59,594 nucleotides of DNA, filler included, from Platydemus manokwari (GCA_037951405.1; 6 parts of 6 records of this genome joined end to end with filler, not necessarily neighbours in it), one strand, 5' to 3'. Counted from the first letter of the whole stretch, positions 37,966 to 51,331 are shown. Translations and numbers: made by a program. Notes: generated by a model from the sequence alone, not told the origin.

Positions 37966-38038
37966 TTTGGTTGATAACATCAAAGTAAAGAGATCTTCAA
38001 ATGAAGATTTTCCCTTAACCTATCACTGAATAACCAAA
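37966..38038 (-). promoter_or_regulatory. Type II SECIS element (GUGA core) in the SELENOT 3'UTR
   Basis: Helix I TTTGGTT/AACCAAA; core GTGA (38026-38023) with TGA (37982-37980); helix II AGGTTAAGGG/CTCTTTACTT; unpaired AAA 11 nt after the core; mini-helix ATCTTC/GAAGAT. Confidence 0.88.
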
Positions 38039-38070
38039 CAAAATAGAACAAATAACTAATCAGTTTTAAA

Positions 38071-38981
38071 TTAATTATGGGACGTAGTTGGGGGATTATT
38101 TGAATTTTTAATACCAAAATTTTGATTTTCAATTATCTGAAAGAGTTCTTGAGGTGATGGTACTCGACCTGTTTCCAATTTTGACCATATAGGATAACCT
38201 AATCACATATAAAATTTGAAAACACAACTTTATGAATATACCATTATATTGAACTTCAAATGCACCTGTTGAGATTAACTGACTTTCGATAGCATTGCTC
38301 AAAAAGAAAACCATCATGCAAAAATAAATCTAAACAATAATTTAAATAAATGCTTAATCTAAATTTAATTTAAAAAATTTATGCTTCAAATGTTAAAAAA
38401 TTACATAGCATATCTAATTTAACATAAAAATGCATTTAACACAAAGATCTATTTTAAAAATATTATGAGAAAAACTCGTATAAAAGTTAGTTGAAATCCA
38501 ATTTAGTAAAAATATTCCAACCTTATTATCATATGCATATTGAAATACTCTAGGAGTTTCTATGTTCAAAAACTGGAATGGGTTAATACCAAGAACAACG
38601 GCAATAATAAGTAGGAGTTTCACTGAACTTAACAATGACGCTAATGTCTTACGAATGGGTGGAGGAGGATAATTATCACCTTCGATTCTCAACAATGGAT
38701 AACGTTGTTGGATCATTTGAGAAAACTCCTCAAACACCCTTCGATACCCTCATGAATAACTAAAAATACATATGAAAAATAAAATTTTGTTAAAATATTA
38801 ATAAATCATACCAATATAAAAACTTTAATGTGGGTACTGCAAGACTGGACATTTTAGGTTTAGGAATACTTTTTGGGCTTTCTTGTGCATTACTAGAACT
38901 GGATAAATCACGCCATGTTAAAAACAAAACACCCAAAACTAAGGAAGCAATTGTCATATAATTCATATTAGCATCCACCAT
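38071..38981 (-). CDS. SELENOT: Selenoprotein T, 4 exons (38981-38812, 38759-38522, 38329-38242, 38198-38071), 207 aa, Sec UGA at 38752-38750
   Basis: Spliced reading gives LKFLY-CYSU-GYRRVFEEFSQMIQQRYP..IEGDNYPP..CMMVFFLSNAIESQLISTGAFEV..WSKLETGRVPS, matching SelT (human CVSUGYRRVFEEY). GT-AG introns of 52, 192 and 43 bp. Confidence 0.95.
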
Positions 38982-40615
38982 AACTTTTCATCGTATTAAT
39001 TTTAAGTTATTAAAACAAAATCGTGATTTACTATTACAAAATATTTAAGTTAAATAACAAAATTATTATTTTAATTACTTAAGAAATTAATTAATATTTA
39101 TTGAAGTTTCCTAGTAGCAATAAATAAATTAAATAAAAAAATGATATAAATCGTATTTAAATGGTTTCAAATAAATAAGACATAATAGAATATCATTGAT
39201 TGATGGTTAATTGGTGTATATTTTATGAAGCAAAAGAAAAGGATTAATTCACCCGAGTTTTTTAAATAAATAAATTCAGAAATACTAAAGAGAATACTTT
39301 AATTCAAAAATGTGGAAAAAATGAGAAATAGGTGCATGAATTTATTTATACAAACAAATATATTTCTCGATATACTTATGTAGAAAAACACTAAACCATG
39401 TGAGATAGAAAGTTAAGTCAGCCTGCCTAAAATAAACCTGCTGGGAATTTTTCGGTTTGCAGCTCTTTTCACTATTTTCATCAGTAAAAATCATCACGAG
39501 CACTCCTTAAACCACCAACAATTTCAATGTCTTAAATCTCTCTAATCATCAGATAATAAAACCTCAAATCGTAACCTTAGCTTTATTTCTAGTTTGAAGT
39601 ACCAATCTCTAAAATTTGCAAGTACTTATAAATTGCTGTAATCTGACATCTTATAAATAAAATTATAGCAATTTAAACAACAAATATTGAAACGGTTATA
39701 ATATAATTTAATATAATGTTAAATAATAGTAATAATATTAAAATTAAATAATTATTGGTTGATTTTATCGTTGCAAGGCAACTAAGACAGGTAGTTTAAT
39801 AACGCTCTTAAAGAAGGCAAAGCTAAATTACAATGTAATATTATGATATCATATCTCAACAGTGATGTAAAGTATAGCTTTGAAGATATAAAATAATGAC
39901 TGATAAATTATAAAAGTTTGAAATAACGATCACGTTCTGGTAGAATACAGAAATAATAGATGGCCTTCATTTACCGCTATTTTTGCAGATCGGTTACTAG
40001 ACCGATATATGATAAATAGATCCACATACTGCGTTTCACTCACGCGAATACCACGCGTTAACGGAATGAATTTTGATAGCTATGAATAGAGTAAATTTAG
40101 ATTATCAAATCTATGATGATCGAATAATCAATGTGTTATAAGAATAATCTTATACCGCTTGATCTATTCTGATTTTACTACTTATTTGATTCTCTCGGGC
40201 CTTATTGGTTCTACTGTTTTATTAAGTTTATTTCTAATTTGTATAACTATTGTCTTAATCATTCTCTATGAGCGCTTGATTCATGCCACACTTGTACCTA
40301 CCTTATTTAGTTTAATCTTCACCTCGAACAACCTTATTGTGTGAAGACAATAGGTGTGGCAAATAGTGATATATCTTATATCTCATATATCTTAACTATT
40401 TCAGTTAATGCAACCTTTTTAAATTCCTAATTATGCTGACACCAAAGATAATAAGCAATGATATATATTTAATCAAAAAACTGAGGATGGTTACTACAAA
40501 TATTTATTAATAATTTTATTTTACAAATTGGTTAACAAATGAAATGTCGCGATAATACCCATGCAGGCTGCAAGTCTATAAATTACATAATAATCCTATA
40601 AATTACAGATGATAC

Positions 40616-40617
<2 letters not shown>

Positions 40618-40656
<39 letters not shown>
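40618..40656. repeat. (AAT)13 microsatellite
   Basis: Perfect triplet run. Confidence 0.95.
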
Positions 40657-40661
<5 letters not shown>

Positions 40662-41140
40662 CCGAAAACCAACATTAATTAAAATATAGGCGTATGAGCG
40701 GAATGATATTAATAATAGATATAAAATATTTTCGACAAATTATTAATCCACGTTGTTATGGCAATCCAAAAATATAGCCATAGAAATTCAAATTTAAATA
40801 CAAATTGCCATGACAACGGTGGTATTACTACGGAAACCCACAAATCAGGAACAAAATTAATCATTCGCCCACATTTCAAATCCGTATAAATACTGAAGTA
40901 AAATTCAGTATTTTCGTCACAATTTCTCACGACACATAGTGATTATAAAGTCAAATATCTAGGTCGGGATTTCAGTTCAAATATTCCATTCGGAATTCAA
41001 CTTCAAGTTAACAAGCAAATCATCAAGCATTCATTCAAGCCTCCGGTAATAATTGTTATTACTTGATCAGTGCAAATATTATTCAAATGGTAAAAATTCG
41101 TTATTGTTTCGCTCACCTGATATCATTCTCCGAAAGGAGA

Positions 41141-41240
41141 NNNNNNNNNNNNNNNNNNNNNNNNNNNNNNNNNNNNNNNNNNNNTTAATTAATTAANNNN
41201 NNNNNNNNNNNNNNNNNNNNNNNNNNNNNNNNNNNNNNNN
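41141..41240. other. Artificial contig-joining spacer
   Basis: N44-TTAATTAATTAA-N44. Confidence 0.98.
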
Positions 41241-43235
41241 ACATTAATCAGTGAATAATAATTAATATCAATGAGTATAAATATGTGAGTATAAATTATA
41301 TTGTGTTTTGTTGTTTTTTTAGTTTTAGAGACGGAGACTTATAAATCGTGGGGTATTTATATACATATGTGTGTGTAAAAATGAAAAATATACTTGTTAA
41401 AATTACAACAAAATTAAAATTTTATAAAAAAGTTTTGTGATCAATTTTTCAAAGTCAGATATTCTGTGATTAGTAAAATTTGTTTTCCAACGGTAGGATA
41501 AGAATTGTTACAACATTCTATGTAAAATTATGTAATAATTGATTAATAATATAACTATATAATTATATTTTAATTTTTATAGATCATAAATCAGTAAGTT
41601 TTCTGGGCCCTTTATTTAATGGTTCTTCCATACATCAGAAAACAAATCCTTCATGTCACGACAAATCTCTCAATGAGAGCCACCTTCAAAAATTCCGTAA
41701 ATCGATAATCTGTCTCCAAATTCCTATAACTTTGGTCAGCCAGCTTTCCTCGTCTATCTTAAATCAAATATCAATTCGTTTAAAAGTTCAATGATATCCA
41801 TACCGATCATAACCAGCTGATATCATATAAAAGGAATTAATTAAGAAAACAATGACATCTATAAAATAAAGGGTATAAAATAAACAAGAAAACATCAATA
41901 AATACAACAAAATTAAAAATAATTATTTTTGAACAACAAACATCAATTAGATTAAGGCATTTGTGTACGGAACAAGTCGATATAAAATCGGTTTATATAT
42001 TAATAGTAAAAAAATAATTTTATCTTCAATTCCATAAATGTTTTACAAATTATATTGATTCTAACAAAGGAAAAATTTTAACTGGATTAGAACCCGATAA
42101 CGAGTTAATTCATTAAATATTAAAAGAAGAAGCACTATTTTTTACAATTTTTGCAAACTCAATATTTTACATTTAAGGAAGAGTATCATCAATTTATACT
42201 CACAATAATTGCTCACGCTTGTTTGTCCACACCACAAACATCAAACATTAACATTTGCTCTATTGAGCGTTTGGATTACTGGTTTAGCTAGTATATCCGT
42301 ATAAAACATTCCAATATCAGAGATATCTATTGAATAAATACTGCTTATTTCACTATTTATAACATACTCACGCATAACGTCATTATATATTATCATTATT
42401 CATAAGTTCCGTCATTTAGATTAACATTTTATTCACTTCAATCTGAATTAACAGAAATTATCAGATTCTTCTTGATATGTTCAATAAAGCCTCTATTGTC
42501 CAAAGGATATATAGTATCTTTCAATTTCATGATAATAAATTTTATGCGCTACAGATTTTATTCATAAATTTACATGTTTTACAAATTTGAAATTCCACAA
42601 TGGAATTAATAACTTCTTCAGATTAAGTTTGGTTCGAGAAATTTGTGTAGAAAGGAAAAGGTAATTGAAAGAGAAGCAAATGGAAAGATAATATCTGGCC
42701 ATAAATGAAAATTAAATAAAGAAATACACCAAATATTGAAATGATATAATCAGAGCATTAAATAAATAACACGACATCAATTGCTTAAGTTTATTTTTCT
42801 TTTTTGTTAACAACAGATTCTGTGGAAAGGCACTTTTAAATCTAATCATATATCGGTTGCATTATTTTTCATAAGTTTTCTTCTCGTATTTCAGTTATTT
42901 ATCTCGTGTTAAGAGTCTGTTCACCTTAACATCATCTGCTTGTTTTGTCGATATTAATTAAATATAATCCCTTAAATTTGTGCGCTTAATGGATGGATAT
43001 CAAATATGCTCCTAGGATGATTACCATCTTGTGTTTACCATTTTGATAGAATATGTAATGCAGGAATTCGATTGATTTAGATGGAGTGAAGAATAAAAAT
43101 AGTTGTAAACAAATTTGTTTTCTTAATATTGATGGTAATAAATTGTTATTTATTTCGATGTTGGTCACATTCAGTAAGTTAGTCAAATATCAGAGATTGC
43201 TATTATTTTTCTTACTATATTCCTATCATTGGTCA

Positions 43236-43388
43236 TGTAAGCCGCTACTATTTTATAAACCACGCATCAAAAATGATTTGCAATTATACAATTTATTAAA
43301 GAAATTACTATAATTTTTTAAAATCATTTTATACAAAATCAAATCTTTGAAAAAATTTAATTCAACTTAAAATTCCCACTAGTCACTT
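43236..43388 (+). repeat. Dispersed repeat family C (begins TGTAAGCCGC, possible LTR 5' end)
   Basis: Similar to 52305-52470: TGTAAGCCGC.ACTATTTTATAAA.CACG and AAAAATTTAATTCA..TAAAATT. Confidence 0.65.
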
Positions 43389-45039
43389 GAAAAAACCAAT
43401 TTCAAAATAATGTAAACAAATCACATCGATACAAGATCAATGTACATGAATACAACTAACCGATAAACAGGATAAACCTACAATCTCAAATCGATCGATT
43501 AAATTACTAGGAGTCCAATTAGTTATAAACGGTGTGAAGCTTATTATATCACTTAGATCTGTTTCTATCTACTGACGAAGAAAATATTTGAAAAAATTGA
43601 TTAGAATATTGACAGACAAAATGTAAAAATACCGATTATGAAGACGATCGATATGAATTGAACTTGCAAATGTGATGTCGGTAGTTTTAGAAATAAATAG
43701 GATTAAAGACAAAGTCAGATAAATGAAGTTCTTTAAGAATACTCTTTTGCAATGATGGGATCGGAAAATATTCAAATAAAATTGTACAAATCATGATAGC
43801 TTTATAAAAATAATAAGGGGGAAGTTTGATTCTAGTTTAAAACGTCAATAAAAAAGTGAAATAACAAGATTTTTCATATCTAAAAATTTGCGAAAAAAGA
43901 TGTTAAAAGCCCATATTAAATAGCTTTATATCCCAGGATTTTTGAAATAGGTTGATAAGGTTTAATTTACTTAAAGGTGGTTAGTCGTAACTATTAATAC
44001 TTGTATAATCGTTTTGTAAAAGTATGAAAGTTACCTATAGAGAAAAGCAATTCGAAAGTGGATGCATGAAGCAAGTTTGGAATCAAATAGGAAATAATTT
44101 TTACTTATTATCATCAATTCAATCGAGTAGTAAAGTGCTGAAGATTTTGGTGGATAAACTAGAATCAAATCGTCGACATTCGCTCTTTAAATCACAGTGT
44201 AAAGGCAACGCGATTGGCACTGTTTATCAAAATGATCACACAAAGGATTTTGACAGATTGAAAGACAATGAAGAACTGGCAGTTGCTCTTGAGATTCAAC
44301 TCCTTTTATAGAATTATTGTGTGTGTTCACTTACTGTCTTTTATCTCGCTCTCTATTTATCAGAACAGTCAAAAATCTGGTTTATTAATAGATCCTCTTC
44401 TTTATCTAATGTCACCAGCGCATCACGATGTTCATTGACTGTTGTTAGTGTGCACCACTTGACATTCAAATTATATTTACCGATTGATCTTTTAGAAACA
44501 TCTGATTGGCTTCTGATATATGGGCTCATCTTATCTGTCTATATTGACTTCTTGAGATTTATTTCATTCTCTCTGTTTTGTTTTTACCACTCATTCAACA
44601 TTATTCAAAAAATTTATCGAATAACGAGTAAGAGAAAAATAAAATATAGTATCTAGTAAGATAGCAGTGGTGGACAGAATTCTATTAGGAAATATAATTT
44701 TCAATGTGGAAAATTATTAATGTTATAGAAGAATACTCAGAAAGACTGAAAAGTGATTATCAATATGATAAACCATTTGAAATCCAGAGATTCCGAATTA
44801 TATGTTATATAGATATCATAACATAACATCGAAACCTATAAAATATTCGCTAGAATGGAAATAGTCTCAACTAAGAGCAAGTTATATATAAATCAGTATA
44901 TAAAAAACTAATTTATAATAACTGTTATAAATAAACTTTTGAGACTATAAACATAACAAAATAAAATTAGAATCATAAGAAATACATTATTATTTATAAT
45001 AATTAATTATCAAAATTTATAATACTAGGGCTCGATAAT

Positions 45040-48000
45040 TTATTTGGGTATTAAAACGGCAATTTTTTCTGCAATAAAAGGAAAAATAACAATAATAAGC
45101 ATCATTGTAGCTAAAACACATACGAAGAAATTGACTATAATAATCAGAAAAGTAAATGCAAACATTTGGTAATAATTGCTTTTCCATCTGAAAGCACTAG
45201 CTTGTTCAAACATTGGATGACTACCACAGTAATTAGGTTCACAGTATTTAACTTGTCTTCTTTCACCCAAACAATCATAACCATTGCAAAATCGAACTCG
45301 AACACTTCTCCTGACTGGACCACAAATAGGATCACATGTTGACCACGGTAACCAACGACCCCAAATTGATCTTTTGAGATTACAATACTCACCGGTTAGT
45401 TCTGGTGGGCATACACATCGTGTCGTTTGTCCATCTTTCGATGAAACACAATCACCACTTTGACATACACTTTTTGAACATAAATCACGAAAGGAAAGGC
45501 AATTACTGACAGAGTACGAGTAATCTTGAGTCCATGATTTCGAACAGCTTTATAAATAATGTTTATTAATACAATACATTTACAAATAATTAGAAAATTT
45601 AAAATAAATATTTTCTCAATCAAAAGAATATAGAATTAATAGAACATTCTGAAACTTTTTGTTTAAATTGATTACTTTAATAATCTGTGCAGGATTATTA
45701 GAGAGAAATAGCCAGTCTTTTTGGTTGATAATTATTTTCATGTATTTATTTTGTTTATCTTAAGCTTTAAGAAAGCGTAAACAGATTTCAGTATATTATA
45801 TTTTACTATTTTCAAGCTAGTCGTTAATCGTTACAAATACCACCACCATATTATTTTAAATTAGTTAGTTAATACAATTAATTAATTAATCAACTGTTAC
45901 CATAGGAATTAATTGAAAATTTTTTGAAAATCAATAATTTCTAATGATAATTTTAAATTGAATTAAATTTTTAAAGATAATTTTATATAAAATTATATTA
46001 ATTTGTTTATATAATGTTATTTAAATACATAATTTGGTTTCGTTACTTTTGAAGTTGAGTTTTAATATGTTCCATTGATGATGAAGTCTATCCGAGGTAT
46101 TAATTTATCCCAAGCCTGTTTCTCCGATACCATCGTTGTTACCACCATGCCTCCCACCGTATTAATCATCATTTCGGCTAAGCCATTTGCCTGATGTTTG
46201 TATGGGGAGGTAAATTCTTGTTTTATTCCAAAACATATCGCTATTTCTTTCATTTCCCTCCCTTCGAAGACCCTACCGCTATAAGTGAGCATTGGTATTG
46301 GGCACCATACCTATAGATCCATTTATTGATGATGGACTTGGAAATACTGATTTCGTCTTGTCGAATAAGTGGCACCAAGCTTACTAAATTACTGAATCTA
46401 TTTGCAATAACCAAAAAATATCTGGTTTTAGTCATAAATTCCCCAAAGTGCGCAACATAAACAACGACCTGTATCAGATGACCAAACTCTTCCCTGGGAA
46501 TCATAATCTCTTTAGTCCGTCCTTACTTTTATCACAAATATCACAATTCCGTACCTCAAGTTCGATGCTTCGTGACATAATTGACCAGAAGTAATTTTTT
46601 TGAATGTAATCGACCAATTTCGTATTACCAATATGGTACAACTTCTCATGAAGATATCTCGTAAGTTTCTGTGAATAAACCCCTGGCACATAAATTCGTT
46701 TCTTTAGATTCTCATTATACACCACCATATCTTCAAACAATTCATATTTCTCTAAACTGTTAAAATATTTGCTTTTCTTGACCTCTTCATTTTTCTTTTG
46801 TTTTCCCTAACCATTTCGAATGGAATCAAGTACAGTGTTTTTCTGGTTGAATCTTTCTTAGTTCATCATTATTTGCAATTCTCGACAACATTAATAAATC
46901 GAGTTTTTGGTTTACCTTCTTTAGCTCCCTGGGGCTGAGTTAAGCTTTGTGAACAAAATGCTTCGCCTATTCTTCAGTGTCCATCTGCATTTCCATGATC
47001 TGATCCCTTCTGATATTGAAGTTCGATATTGTATCCCGATAAGTTTTCAAACCATCTTTGAAACTGAGGGCTAATCGATTTGTTAGTTTTCATCATGTAT
47101 GTCAAGGCTTTGTGATCGGTGCGAGTCAAAAATTTCTTTCCCAACAGATAATGTTTAAAATGGATAGTGAACTCATGAATTTTCTGAAGTCTAAACACAT
47201 CCTGATCGATCCATCTTTCTTAGGAACTATAAACAAAGGAGAGTTCCAAGGAAGATTTTCTATCAATTCTTGCATTTTGGTTTCTAAATTTATTGGCTGT
47301 CTTCTGTAGTTTTGAGTAATAGGTTCCCTTTTGTATGGATCTTGTGTTTCACCAAATCCATTAGTCCCAAACCGAACCGAGAAGTCATAAAATTGAGCCA
47401 TTTTCTTTTATACACCTATTCAATGAAATATCGTTCTTATCAGCAATACTTTTCAGTGACATTTCGATTCTGTCTTGGTCGGTGTATTTTTTTCCCGCAT
47501 TCTTGGCATCAATTGATTTTATCCCTGCAGGAATATTCCACAAGTCTTTATCATATTAACTCCTCTGATAAATCCTGGTGAAATTTCTTTTACTACAAGG
47601 ATCTCCTTTACTAGAATTTTGTTGTTCCAAACTATTGGGATTTTCCCTAGACACAATTTGTGTGTATTGGAGAATACACTAGCCAATCAAACGTCAGAAT
47701 TTTTAATCTGCGGCTCTCCAATGCACGGCCTTCTTCTTCTATCGACTGACATTGCAGGGTCGATTAAAAAACTCTTTCAATTCCTTGCTATTTAGACCTT
47801 GCATAATAATTAGTCTTGAAATTTCTTCAAAAGTGTTTTTCATGTCAAACACCTCCGAAACTAGCTTTTGTACCTGAAGTTCAAAACTGCGATATTTTTC
47901 ATTTGGTCTTTGTTCCATTGATGCCAAATCATAAACCTTGTCGTACACTCTTTTGGCACGTGAAAATGTTTCCAAAAACCATTTTTCAATTTCTTTATTT

Positions 48001-50041
48001 GAAACAGCCTTTTGAATTTGCTGAATTCTTGCCACAGATATTTGGCGTCATCTCTCAACAGCATGTCAAATGCAAATGATAGTTCCATTTGATTATATGT
48101 TGTGAAATCTTTGGTTGTTTCAGTATCTTGGATTGATGAATAGAAGAATAACGGTTTCGGAATTAATAACAGCTGAGTTTTTTTGTGGCAAATTCGCAAA
48201 AGTTTTCTACCTCTCCTCTCGTTTAGCTCTAGTCAGAGCGTTTATTTTGGCGTGGTCGCCAATTGTTTACAGCAATATTTTATTTTTATTTAAAAATCAC
48301 ACGCGTTTGTTTTTAATATTAAAACAAATCTCATATTTTATTTAACTAATCTGATAAGAAAATTCATAATATTAATATAAGTCGTAGGATTTTTTCTTTT
48401 AACTTAATCCATGAAACGCAACAGGTAATTTAAATAATTCTTTTTAAAATAAAATTATATATATATAATTAAAAATTGAATCGATTCTTACACGCATTCA
48501 AACTGATCTGTTCCAGGAATACCAACACATTGATTACCTTGACCAGTATTACAGTACATATTACCGGACATTTCAGTATGAGAAGAGGTTTCTATACACG
48601 GATCTCTGAGAATTGAACACGTACCTCCCATATAAGAAACCTTAAACAATTTAATTAACAAATACATAAAAACTATATGAATTTATTACAGTGCGATTGT
48701 AAAACATGAATTTGAATTCATAGCTGAGTTAGCTGAATACGTGAGTGGTAAGATCGTATAGCAAAAGTTGGTTAAAAACAAATTATTTCTGTTTATTTTA
48801 AAATTATTTTTCAATTTCAACTACAATTTCTTTTTTATAAAGATTTGATATAAAATGAATTAATTGGAAATTTGGGTCGTTAAATAAATAATTAAGAATA
48901 TAAAGATTATCACTGCGAGGGATATTTTGATATGGAATTAAAAGAAAATTACAGCACATTCTCAATGGTAATTAGTTTCAAACTTAAGGAAAGTAATCAT
49001 GAAGGTGTATTCTCTAATCTTCAAATTAAAAGATTGCGAATTCTAGGTAGAAAGAACTATGAACCCGATCTATCGGAGAACTATTAATAAATAAACCATT
49101 ATAGTATTAATAGTGGATGAGAAAATTTTAACATAAACATTTACCATTTAATTTATGAATGGAAATGTAATTAGGAAACCAGGACTTTTACTTACTTTAC
49201 ATTCACACCGACTTTCCATTTTATCTGGAATATAAACGCATCTGAATGTCCCATGCTTATAGCAGACATTTTCTGTTAAACAAATATCAAATGGCTCACA
49301 GGTTTTTGTTGATGGTTTCCAGTTAAATCCATGTCTACATTGGCATCTAAAATCATTTTCAAATAGCCCAAGTTTGTCTTGAAAACATATTTCAGTAGCT
49401 ACATTTGGTGTACTAGCGCAAGGACTGCGTTTGCAAGGATCTGGGCAAATAGGATCATCAAGTCCTCTTTCTCTAATTCGAGAACACATAAGATAAATAT
49501 ATGAAGCACTGACTTCATCGGCAACGGTGACTTTGTTTGGCATTTCTGAATTGTCCGGAGGCAAATAATAAGCGCTAGTAAGAAACCACAGAAAAAAAAG
49601 TTGCCAGGACGACATAATATCTCGTTGATCTATTACTTTCTGCATTTCCGCTTGAAAGATTTTTCGTTTTGTCCACAGATACATCAACAGATTATCATAA
49701 TCATAAAATGAATCCAAAAATGAAGAGTTCATTAAACTCGTTATATTACTAAATCGATCCTTACCGAATTTTTCCAATACCGAATCACTTAAGAAAACCA
49801 TAACATTGTAAACTTTAAAATTTAACTTTTCCGCAAAATAATTATCTCGATATTCTTCAAGAAACCCATAACCCGACTCTCGAACACCGAAATGCATCAT
49901 TCCAAGAAAATGTACGAAATGAGGATAAGTAAACTGGATTATTTCAGGTTTTTGAGGTGCTAAAATATTCAGTTTATGAATATCAGCTGTTAGCACAAAT
50001 TCCCGATATGTTGTTAATAATACAAGTAATATAAATATCAT
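45040..50041 (-). CDS. Type I membrane protein, 500 aa: signal peptide, unrecognised ~180-aa domain, 4 EGF-like repeats, TSP1 domain, C-terminal TM; exons 50041-49196, 48640-48492, 45547-45040
   Basis: Phase-compatible GTAAG..AG junctions (CECK|VSYMGGTC and FECV|CSKSW). Four 6-Cys EGF patterns. TSP1 motif WGRWLPWSTCDPICG..RRSVRVRFC..CLGERRQVKYC. Hydrophobic C-terminal segment. Confidence 0.88.
46062..48349 (-). mobile_element. Internally deleted, decayed Ty3/Gypsy element, same family as 29685-31655, inside intron 2 of the EGF/TSP1 gene
   Basis: gag homology (MELSFAFDMLLRDD), RT start (PWNSPLFIVPKKDGSIRMCLDFRK), RNase H end (HYLLGKKFLTRTDHKAL..GSDHGNADG), integrase zinc finger (LHEKLYHIG..CDIC) and core (SPYKHQANGLAE). 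Confidence 0.92.
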
Positions 50042-50151
50042 GGCGTATTCTGATATTTAATACATAATTCACTGCTAATGTGAATATTAAGTAAAATCTA
50101 TTAAAATTAATCAATACATGTATTAATATTATTTAATTATTCGATTAAATA

Positions 50152-50251
50152 NNNNNNNNNNNNNNNNNNNNNNNNNNNNNNNNNNNNNNNNNNNNTTAAT
50201 TAATTAANNNNNNNNNNNNNNNNNNNNNNNNNNNNNNNNNNNNNNNNNNNN
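50152..50251. other. Artificial contig-joining spacer
   Basis: N44-TTAATTAATTAA-N44. Confidence 0.98.
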
Positions 50252-50680
50252 TAAACTCACATAGATTTGAATGACATGTTAAAATATAAGTTTCACATAA
50301 ATTTTGTTTTTCCAAAGCTGTTTTTATATTTTTAAATGGTCTTCAATGAAATATTGTATATCAATGAAATGGAATACCAATGTGATAAAGTGAGTATATT
50401 GTAATAATCACTAAGTTAGAAAATGTATGTCATAGGCCTTGAATCACGAACAAGACATTTGTTAAAGATTTACTAAGTCGTTATTAAAGTGCATCTAGTC
50501 AGCTTCATATAGTAAGGATTTTTAATACCCTTATGTAAGTCATAAAAAATTATGTTAATTATGCATCATCAATAAAGTACAATTATGATTAATTTATTCA
50601 GTTCTCACGAAACATTTCAATCGATGAAAAGAATGTTGAAACCAATATTAAATTTTAAAATAAAAAAATTTCAAATATAC

Positions 50681-50989
50681 CTTGGAATATTTTTATTCAC
50701 AGTCAATAATCCATAACAAAATACGAGAATGCCAACAATTGAAGCCGGAAGAAGCCACTCTGTGTACATTCCTGTCCATAAATTCCAAAATTAAATTTAT
50801 AAAACTACATTATCAAAACTAACCCAACCAGGCAAAATAAAGTCCTATCTTTTCTCCATAATATTCTCTTATATGATCCAATGGTTGATATTTATACCAC
50901 ATGGACCAGCGAGCCCAATTTTTGTAAAGTAATTGACGACAATTTAGCTGTTTAAATTCTTGATTTTTGCTATATAATTGAAATGGCCC
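50681..50989 (-). CDS. Two internal exons (50989-50824, 50771-50681) of an anoctamin/TMEM16 gene
   Basis: [42 protein letters not shown]|[20 protein letters not shown] is the anoctamin pre-TM1/TM1 signature; 52-bp GT-AG intron. Confidence 0.92.
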
Positions 50990-51202
50990 CTGTTTTAAAT
51001 TTTTCAACTAATTTTTCGATTATAAATATTATAAATATAAAAGATTTAAAATTAAATATGGAACTAATGATAATTCCCATATATGTGTGTATATTTATAT
51101 GCATAAAATGTAGACATACGTAATAATAAAACAATTAATAAAAAACTTAAAATAATAAACATATATACACTGCATTAAATAAAATTCACAGTTAATATGT
51201 GT

Positions 51203-51331
51203 GAATGACTCACTGTTGCCTATATAAGATAGTAACCGTAGTTAGCACTGCATAATAGTTAAGACCGGGACCGGGATTAAGATATGCCCATTATTTTCTA
51301 CTGGAAGAACAAACAGTAAGGTAATACATTT
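51203..51331 (+). repeat. LTR-like promoter module (copy 2)
   Basis: Related to 1597-1798; includes TGACTCA, TATATAAG and a donor-like AAGGTAAT. Confidence 0.5.

Noticed and set aside
38750-38752. UGA as a pseudogene stop or sign of a non-standard genetic code
   Set aside because: It sits at the SelT Sec position with a SECIS downstream, and another ORF (15498-16721) uses TGA as an ordinary stop.
42190-42540. Coding-like minus-strand stretch with several stops
   Set aside because: No recognisable homology; cannot tell a pseudogene from chance.
44024-44311. 95-aa ORF, possibly gag-like
   Set aside because: No diagnostic motif or splice support.
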